From: Azolla caroliniana
Taxonomy: Eukaryota > Plantae > Polypodiophyta
Assembly (NCBI GenBank): GCA_043228905.1
Contig: JBHGNT010000016.1
Location: forward strand, 4,898,001-4,962,000
Length of the DNA: 64,000 bases
Direction of reading: 5' to 3'
The notes under the pieces were generated by a model. It made no database searches. It was not told where the DNA came from and worked only from the letters and a program-made list of their open reading frames with translations. Numbering within the stretch: the first letter of the stretch is position 1; the number at the start of each line of letters is the position of its first letter. Below are positions 55,901 through 64,000 of this stretch, in pieces. Made by a program: the position numbers and the translations under genes.

Positions 55901-56071
55901 TATGTCTGCTATAGCTTCAGCGACTAGATTGTACCAATCCATGCCAGAAAGCTCATCAGAGTCTGGAGATAATTTCTCACAAGAATCCATCGTTTGAAGC
56001 GACCCTTGTTTTGACATATTCACTAAATCTAGGTATGAAAACTTTGTGCTTTTGAAGATTGAGGTAAACAT
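52943..56071 (-). CDS. Intronless 1042-aa MLKL-like tandem kinase: N-terminal helical bundle + TKL/Raf-like kinase + RLK/Pelle-type pseudokinase
   Basis: N-terminus INSTQCLLL...LKEIYRTVKELEAY...DWW...VHIHDLL. Kinase 1: GWGSFG, VAVK, HRDLRASN, DFG, WRAPE. Kinase 2: DLRTATANFS..SVFRGILSDDTVIAVK..IALGIARGLTYIHEDC but no GxGxxG, HRD or DFG. The true start may be a downstream Met. Confidence 0.9.
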   Translation of the reverse strand: MFTSIFKSTKFSYLDLVNMSKQGSLQTMDSCEKLSPDSDELSGMDWYNLVAEAIADIRSCRKIPLSKLMINSTQCLLLASIFSSKLSKFWPQFLHTSLFSSTDSDYTTDGSGSGSGSFRRRSSVSCNMSECLSTLTNSGDDFYVLESCKHALKEIYRTVKELEAYMFVCSTLDWWRIALFQVDIGDALQVHIHDLLWSVAALDATLHHAKGCTLEVIDAVCSRRFSECYAEMSSLHHKFNECADRKQLITMLTGLHSQFELLSKRKKRTLRVEEENKYRISAYLLQKVQYNADCMGSRPVVHHLPECLSIHPKDIDFSKRRLIGWGSFGQVYEASWYGIKVAVKELPCGDSLLFKEEASILARLHSPFIVHLIGWSVNEEANLCHLVMELCSSNLRNHIEKRSSSGSPPFSLRVAVDIMLQIARGMDYLHSQQVIHRDLRASNILINDSTVREFLDEGHVRVKLCDFGMAKAKLNSSKFFSSMKGASYWRAPEVFSSSDVAETDSNQKKHYTTKADVYSFAMTCYEILTGKIPFDGTLRCEIHQFVMNGGRPELPVSCPTLLSKYIEKCWDNEYICRPNFKEICKFLRHFKLLLMRIDDPEEVSLQSLTTEFDYAELSSHGHELSSITSGGNELIDHRRKGIETKGNEEIQMHKPDPRTPKFYKSKKNLLPNNKHMEVNPGEAILLNSIPCFITKFALHDLRTATANFSVRISSWDSGSVFRGILSDDTVIAVKMVKVNDINDFRLCCLKVIALGNAYHANIVHFRGYCVELSTDFLFVFEYMDNLSLDRWITGSTKERDMNCEISPGSVGNLSPKETIDNLNWSIQFKIALGIARGLTYIHEDCGQCILPVGVKLSRILLDKNYEPKINVLSLTDTRKNCEYYTHKLLLSKQSSTVLVMSPEAIGAQMLDIYNFGVILLEMVFGHTTIDLPKELSNEDLASLMDGADEFCNALDGHGHDHNSSSTWKTTESSRLLGSGLRNLIQNNIQFVEDNPESLEKAKILLQISMWCIQSPEMRPKMSQVVQALEGNLPIPEKFSSLF

Positions 56072-58722
56072 ATATAACCTATAAAGCTACAACCTTGTTC
56101 ATTGAATCCAGCCATAGCAGAACCATGTTCCTAAAGAGTGAATTGCGCATATAGAATCTATCGTATCTGCCACCATACAATTAGCAGAGCTCATATGTAT
56201 AAAACAGTACATAGAGATATCATGGCTACTACTACCAGCCATAATAATTATACATAGCAAGACTTGCCGTATGCATATTTAAAGCCATGTTAACAAGAAC
56301 TTTCTGATATTCCATTACGATTACAACATCTTATTTGCCATTACCTCAGCTTTGCAATAATAATAATAGTGTTCCTGACCATCTGCAATGATAAGAAAAC
56401 CTCTGGATGTGTCCCCGGATCTCGATCTATCATATGATAATGTTATTGATGTGTTTCCCACCCCAACAATATCTCCAGATTTTTTCTGAATAATAGCTCC
56501 CCGAGTTAAGGCTCCCCTGTTCTGGTTAACAAATATTTCTGATGAATGAATGGCTACAGTTTGACCGCATCGCTTTGCCACTATACTAGCAAAAGCCATT
56601 CAAAGATAATTTCTGCCATGTTTTTGCTTTCCAAATGCATATTCACAACCTCAGCATGTGCAAAATCACATGAGGCCATTCAAGAAAAAGTACTAACCTT
56701 GTCTGATCTCTGTCTGTCTGTCTGTCTTTCTTTCTTTCTTTAAACTCCTCTCTTCTTCTTCAAAATGATGTCAAAAGAGGCATTTGACCCATCTCTCTCT
56801 TTCTTCACTTCACTTCACTTCACTTCATTCACTCCACTACCTGCACAAAGGAGAATGAGAGAAGACCTGGGAAGCAAGCAGAGAATATCTGTCTCACCAT
56901 GTATATATGTACATATAGCAAGCACATAAGTACATTTCCACTCACCTGGTGGAAAACACACTAATTGACTTGACTAGTCTGGTCTCTGACTGGTCTGGTC
57001 TCTCCAAAAGAGTTCCGAATCGGAAAATTTTTTACCCATCGTTGGCATACATGGGCAGCAGAGAGAAATGCCGAGACTGTGGTCCGCACACAACCGACTC
57101 TATCAGAGTGTCCACTGTCCGAAATAACTTATGATGGGCACAATATTATTACTCCCGTATATGATGGCAGACGATCCCCATGTCTTTGAAATGAATAGCA
57201 CAATCCCAATATATATATGTGTGAGACCTTTGCTAAAACCTCTCGAGAATCAATCGTCGAAACTTTCCATTAGGCATTCGTCCATGGTGGTTTTTATTTT
57301 TATTTTTTAAATGGATTTTCTTCAATAGTATTAAGAAAAAACGCCCGAATGCTACAACTTGAACCTAGCTGGCAAGGAGGTTACAACTTTTCTTATACAA
57401 TGATGTAAAAAAATCCTAGGTCCAAGTATCGAACTTTGTAGAAGATGTTTACATTTGTTGATATTCAAGAAAGAGTTCATGGTGGTTATTATAATGGCAG
57501 AGTGGTAGTTTCTATGAATGCATACGAGAACCTTTATCCATGAATGCATGTTAATACTAAAGCTTTTCGTGAGAAAGACATCGAATGAGAATGGGCTCAT
57601 GAATTTTGTTGATATCAACGACGTTTCACACCTTCGTTTGGGTCTAGTGTGTAAAGGTGATGAATTTATTTATGTATGAAATGTTTGACATGGAAAACGT
57701 TCGTATTATAGATTTTTTGTCAAAATACCTTGCTTTATCATTTAAAGAAACAACTTTGATACTTAAAGTTGCAATATTTTCTTGTCCAAAGTACTACAAT
57801 AAAGATTAAGTCAAATTAGATATGTACATCAAGTGTTACGTAATCATTTTTGGGAAAGATTTTCTTAAGTTCATTAATCAAGAAGAGCAGAATGGAGATC
57901 AACTATAAATTATCATGAGGATAATCATAATGAATAGGAGTCATCAAAACTATTGATATGGAAGCTTTCGACAATAATTATTGTTTTTGTTGCAGTCATC
58001 ATCACTCACATGTGGAAGGGGGGTTTTCTTAGATGAGTAAGATAAAAAAAAGAAAACATGCTTAATGTTTATTAAAATTTAAAGTTTACGAAAGAGGTTT
58101 TTCTAACATGATTAAGATAAATAAATAAAAAACATGCTTAGAGACATAGAACGTAATAAATGTGTTGGTGCACGCGTACAAACATTTGAAAAAGACGTTT
58201 GGAAACGAACGTGTTTAAAAAGGAGAAAATGTGTATTCGTTTTCTTTCTATCTTTTTCCTTTTTATTATTGAAAATTATCTTACCTTAGTGGTAAGTTAA
58301 TATAGTATTATTGCCTATGTATCATGTTCAAAACCTACCTTTGTCTCTTTCCCGATTGCAACATTCATTGGTAAAGTTCTTGAACATCGAGAGTCGCTAC
58401 TCACTTTCACACGTATCACGTAAAATATAATATTTTTGGTCTCATAGGTCATATTTGACCTTCGAAGACGATAATATAATCTATCTATCTCTCTCATTAG
58501 TGTCATGTTTTCTTCATATTCTTGAATATACATTTTATGATTTTTTGAACGTTTGATTATAAATTATAAATTATAATGACATATTTTGATTCAATCTCTA
58601 TAGTTCATACTCATTTTTTTTGTAAAGTTCTGAAGTAAAGAAATTGATACCTTCACTAGTTGCAAGATAAGAACATCGATAATTGCAAGATGAACTCACA
58701 TCAATGAATGCAATTATGTCTT

Positions 58723-58920
58723 GGGAAAAGTACTAGGATACCCCTAGAAGTTCGTCTATTTACCAGAATGCCCCTGGAAGTTCCAAATTTACCAACTATG
58801 TCCAAAAAATTACACTTTATAAAGTAATTATACACTCAAATCTTTGGTAAAACATTAAAAAAGACCAAATTTCGAACGTGTTTTTGTATAAGCATGGAAG
58901 GGCAATTATAATAAAAGGAG
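58723..58920. mobile_element. MULE-TIR-like MITE remnant
   Basis: GGGAAAAGTACTAGGATACCCC...TTTACCAGAATGCCCC...TTTACCAAC repeats typical of Mutator TIRs. The partner end is not clearly resolved. Confidence 0.35.
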
Positions 58921-59251
58921 TTTGGATCATTGATAACAACATTGACATGTGACATGCGCTTTTAGGCAGATTGATAGATTAAAAAACAACAAATTTCTAA
59001 GGCGTGTTCATATAAGCATAAAAGCAAAAGAGTTGGAACCATTGATCAATGTATATTTTTCAATAATGTTATGTGGGTTTTGAAAAGCTGAATCCCGCCC
59101 GTTAAAGCATACTTTGCAAGTTGAATCCTAATGTATAGATTAGGCATAAAGAGCAAAGACGTTTGGACCTTTGCACATGAAATACACCCACGCTCAACAA
59201 CATAATAATAATCACACAAATTCCAAATGAGGCTCCAACCAAAATAAAAAA

Positions 59252-59456
59252 GAATGAGGATTTTCATTGAAATGCTTTTTTTGCAAGCTTGCGATTATGA
59301 TACGATTACAACAAGGCCAACAATGGCTGTGCATTTTTTTTGTACAATTGTGAAGGAATGAGGATTTTCATTGAAATGCTTTTTTTGCATGCTTGCGATT
59401 ATGATACGATTACAACAAGGCCAACAATGGTTGTGCATTCTTTTTGTACAATTGTG
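59252..59456. repeat. 104-bp tandem duplication downstream of CDC20
   Basis: gaatgaggattttcattgaaatgcttttttt... at 59252 and 59356. Confidence 0.9.
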
Positions 59457-59998
59457 TGATCTATTTATCTACCTCAAGAGAAGGAACCCGCTACTGCAAC
59501 TGCTAGTAGTCATCATCATCATGCTTCCTCCAAGAAAATGATCGAGAGTTCTCTCTATCTCAGACGGATGTGTTGGCGTTGATAAACACCGTCAGGGCAA
59601 CATATATATATAATGCATTCACATGGCCCGGAGATGCCCATGTTGACACATAAATTAATCAAACACAATTCTAATTACACCCACCAAAGAATTGATCCAC
59701 AACCTAATTTGTATTTACTTTACGTACAATGCATTCACCTCATCCTAAACCTAACTACCTACCTATACACAATATGAACATTTGGATTCACACATAAAAT
59801 GTACACAAATTGTCAATTGATCCTTTACTTTACCTGCATACCTGGCATGAAATCATAATGCAATGATCTATGCTCCCCTATACACAAATTGGATTCACAT
59901 AAAGTACACATACATATTGATCCTTACTTTACCTGCTGCATATATATACATACATACATACATACCACACATCCATGAATGATGAATGCTGCTTCAGC

Positions 59999-62072
59999 TC
60001 ACCGGATCATGGTGCAGCTGGTGCTGCTCATGCACCCAGTGTCTGCGCTCCTGGACTTGAGCAGCTGCTGTTGCTGCTGTTGCTTGCTGGTGTTGTCGGG
60101 AGTCCCGAAGACTTGCCAGAAGCGGAGGGTCTCGTCCCCCGCTGCCGATGCGACGGTGTAGCCGTCGGGGCTCTGCGCCATGTGCAGGACCCTGGAGGTG
60201 TGGCCCCTCAGCTCCGCCATCTTCGTCATGCTGGGGTACTTCCACAGGCACAGCTGGTTCTGGCTGAAGCCATGGGAGCTCAGCAGCTCCTTCTCGTGCC
60301 TGCTCCATTGGAGGGAGCAGACCTGCGAGTGGGTGTCCACGCTGTTGAGGCAGGCGCCCGTCTGCGTGTTCCAGAACTTGATGCAGCCGTCTGCGGTGCC
60401 TCCGCCGGTGGCCAGGAGGTTGCTCTGGAAGGGGCACCATGCCAGGGCCTTCACGGCAGCGCGGTGCTCCTCCAGCCGGTGCAGGTACGAGGTCGGGGCT
60501 CCGCTGGTCATCATCTTGGCATCCCACAGGTGCAGGAGGTTGTCGTTCCCCCCGCTCGCAAGCTGCTGCCCCGACAGAGACCACTTCAGCCCGCACACCT
60601 CTTGCTCGTGAGAGCACATCTTCGTGATCACATGATCTCGGATGCGCACTGCCACATACGTACAGAGAACCGAATACACATCTCAATATGCTTATGCTAT
60701 CCAGCAGAGAATGAATGCAAAGAAGGATCAGAATGGATATGGACCTCACTCACCATCGTGGTTGAAGATGGTGTTATCCCGGCTCCCTGAGCTCAGAATG
60801 GGGCCGCCATTCCATGCCAAGCTTCCAACCCTCCCACTGTGGCCTTTCATGGTCCTCACTTTGCACAGCGCCGTGGAATCCCAGAGCTGAACCTCGCCGT
60901 TGTCCAAACCAACGGCGATGTGCTTCCCATCAGGGCCCCAGTTGACGCTAGTCACGGGACCTTCCTCATCCCCAACTTGCATCAGCTCCTCGATGGAACC
61001 GGAGGTCGCGTGCCACAGGTAGACAGTGTTACCCAGAGCAATGGAGACCACGTTCTTCGAACTCCAATCCAGGAGGTTCAGATAGTAGTCATCCAGCAGC
61101 TCTGGCGCGTCCAGGGTTCGCTCTGCAGACTGCGCAACCAAAATTAAGGAAGGGTCAGAATAGAAGCAGAAAAACGTTTGCAACATTTTCGGTGGATGAA
61201 TAATGAATCACTATGGCGATATATGTTATGTATATGTATAATGTACCTGGGGAATGTGACGGAAGATCTTGTTGCGCTTGGGAGCAGCGGATGACTGAAT
61301 GTTCTCGGAGTAGAGCAATCGCGCGTTCCTCTCGAATCCCTCGGGAGGGGGAGGAGGCTTGCTCTTGAACGCAAGGACTCTTGAGTTCTTGTTCATGATG
61401 TTCCCAGCCAATTGCTTCCGATATTCCTCCTGCAATGAATTTTCGCAATCCAATATATTTATAAAAAAAAATCACTCTGGAATCGATCCATGAACGGATT
61501 TCGTTAGGGTGAAACAGAGAATCATAATAATCAGCAGGCATAATAAACATACATTTTGGATCGGTAGCTCGCTGTCCACGTTCTCTTTCGAGAGCATGTA
61601 ATTGGCGACTTCGAAGTCCATGGCGGTCCTCGATGCAATGAATCGACATCCCTGATTCATACATAAAATTTTAAATCATTTAAGAGGCTTTTGAAAGAAA
61701 AAAGAAAGAATTGGATGTTTCAGCGATCCTTCAAATTACGAGGTGATTTACAAGGAGATGCTAGAAGTATTTTGGAAACGAAAGAATCAGATGTTTTAGA
61801 ATCATTTCAAGAAGGTGGTTTGCAAGCAGATGGAAGAATTATTTTGGAAACGAAAAATCGGATGTTTTACGGGGAAAGAAACGTGATTTGGGAGCGAAAT
61901 ACTCAATAAACACATCGGATTTACATATTATTAGCATATATGTATGATCGCTATGCATAATAAAATGGATGCTCACCTGATTTTGCTGCTGTGTCTTCTT
62001 GGATTGAAGAGGTTCTGCTGTTGCTGCGCGATCGCTCAGAGCCTGCCTTACGCATGATCCAGGAGCGGCCAT
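59999..62072 (-). CDS. CDC20: APC/C co-activator CDC20 (fizzy), WD40 protein (~467 aa); exons 62072-61977, 61651-61553, 61429-61247, 61129-60754, 60648-59999
   Basis: KEN (SKENV); MAD2-interaction-like RVLAFK; [20 protein letters not shown]; [21 protein letters not shown]; [12 protein letters not shown]; C-terminal IR tail. GT-AG introns, 1404 nt in frame. Confidence 0.95.
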
Positions 62073-62469
62073 AATTCCTATTCGTAGATCGATGCAAAAA
62101 CAAAACAAACAGACAGAAGAACAAAAAGACAATACGAAATATACTGCTACAGCTGCGGCTGCGGCTGCTCCTCCACAAAAGGGAGGAGGGGGGTTAGTAT
62201 AGCACACAGACAAAAATTAAGAAAATTAAGCTTCACGTTTAATGTAAATGAACAAAGAGAGATTTATCGATGAACAACGCAACGATGACAACAGAATGAT
62301 AAAATCAGATCGCAGAAAATCCTTCAGGGCGTAGAATGCCAAGTAAAGATTTGGAGTGCAATCAGAGAGAGCGATGAGAGTGCGAGTTGTAAATAAAATC
62401 GAGAGAAAGAGAGAGCTTTCAGATGAGAGCCAGAGAGCAGGGGAGGAGATGCTACGGCTATGGCTGTAA

Positions 62470-62670
62470 TTGCTTTTTTATATGGTGTGGTAGTAGACAG
62501 AGAGAAGAAGGAGTCTGCAACGGTCACTAGAAGAAAAGCTCTTCCCAATTGTATTTGTGTTTGTGTGTGTGGAAGCTGTCCGTTCATCCAATCTGTCCGC
62601 CTACGTGTGAAAGCGTTCATTTGAGAGAACGGGTAACTATTCATAGTTAGTGGGTCATTGGTGACCAATA
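62470..62670 (-). promoter_or_regulatory. CDC20 promoter with TATA box and three MSA-core (AACGG) G2/M elements
   Basis: TATAAAAA (minus) at ~62474-62483. AACGG/CCGTT at 62519, 62580 and 62628. CCAAT motifs at ~62658-62669. MSA elements bound by MYB3R factors are known in plant mitotic genes. Confidence 0.6.
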
Positions 62671-64000
62671 CAATACAATATGTACATAAACACACATCCT
62701 TGCTCTTCTTTTACACGACATTCCAAAGTGTTTTTCTCTTGTCTCACTATACCTATTTTTAGCCAGAGAGAAAGGGAGAATCTCTCGCTCACACAACGTG
62801 CAATTGTTTCGTGGTGCACGGTAACTAGAAATGCGGTCCATATCAACTCTTGTGTCCCCCCCACTTGTCCCCCTTGTCCCTCTTTGGGAACTGCCATCCT
62901 CCAATGGGCACCAAAATTCTAATAGAACAGTCGATGAGACCAAGCACGTAACACAAGGTGTTGATCCGCCTCTTCAATGAAGATATGCAGTGTGAGGATC
63001 CTCATTTAGGTTAGACACGTGTTTAGGAGTCAATTTGCTATGATAAGATCCACTAATTCAACTTTACACATGATTAGTCAAAAGAGAAAGTAGTTGATAA
63101 AACCTTTGGGGATCCCCATCTTTTTTTTATAGTCGGGAAGAAAAGTAAGGAACTACGTGTTTTCATGAACAAAAAGAATTGAATGTTTTGTCCTACCTCG
63201 ATAATGACACGTCCATTTCCTCCAGATATCATAGTTTCCATCCTTGATATTGTAGAAGGGCATGAAATATATGCCTTCTTAACCATCTCTAATTGGTAGA
63301 AGCTTATTGCGATGGCTCCAAACTATCACCTTCACGGTTCAATGAACTATGTAAATCGAAAGTTTTATGATCTTCATAATGTTTTTGTTGAATAAATCAC
63401 TTCCAAGTTTCCTAACGGCAACCAAATATGTATCCATTTTTCGTGTTTCCACAATTGCGCGACCATCAAATTTAATTAGCTAATATATATGCATCATTCC
63501 TTACCTAAAGACTCAACCTTAGCTTTGTTAATCTTGTTGCTCCTTGTCATATTTATGTGACCCATATGTATAGTGCACATCGTTATGTGTTGGAGTAATG
63601 GCAAGAAAATGTCAATGGTCCCAGTGGAACTTGGTTAATGCCTTAGTTTTGGGTCACAACTTCCAAGCTTGTGCACACACACACACAATCTAGGTGGCTC
63701 CCTCGCATGGGATGCCCTCTTGTGATATCCCATATCTCTTTGACAAACCAAAGAGGGTCATATATTGTTGTATCCTACCAGTGTCACTTCTATTATTGTT
63801 AGGATCTATCATAGATCAAAATATTCTTCCACAATGGGAGTTTATGGTGCTACCATTATACCACAAATTCTACATGTTTTTTGTGCACAATGTCATCATG
63901 TCAAGATAGAGTAAGCACACCATTATCTAGCTTGTGCACTAAAAGAGGAGGAAATGATGTAAGCTCGAGGAGCATTATGAATCTAAGTATTTTGAAATAA

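Noticed and set aside
59975-60790. 271-aa plus-strand ORF and other overlapping ORFs
   Set aside because: Antisense/alternate-frame shadows of GC-rich CDC20 exons.
45367-62072. Functional cluster of TPR co-chaperone, kinase and CDC20
   Set aside because: Adjacent eukaryotic genes with unrelated promoters; nothing in the sequence supports co-regulation.

Overview
Eukaryotic land-plant nuclear DNA (GT-AG introns, plant PEX5/CDC20, MIR535, Copia/LINE/MULE debris; probably a seed-free plant such as a fern, which is inference only). 1-8 kb is a nest of decayed retroelements: a duplicated RTE fragment, two Ty1/Copia elements and related LTR-like segments. A bZIP-motif-rich promoter at ~14.2-14.5 kb appears to drive a spliced non-coding transcript carrying a MIR535 hairpin (mature 16363-16383). 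Next come a 5'-truncated L1 with a solo LTR inside, a MULE-like element with a 9-bp TSD, and a 3-exon gene with two GRF zinc fingers (minus). These are followed by PEX5 (14 coding exons, plus), a 3-exon TPR gene (plus), an intronless 1042-aa kinase gene (minus) and CDC20 (minus). The most striking object is the 1042-aa protein. It has a plant MLKL-type N-terminal helical bundle, an apparently intact kinase (Src-like HRDLRASN loop) and a fused RLK/Pelle-derived pseudokinase, making it a candidate MLKL tandem-kinase immune receptor/executioner with an integrated decoy. All calls come from reading motifs by eye; no searches were run.
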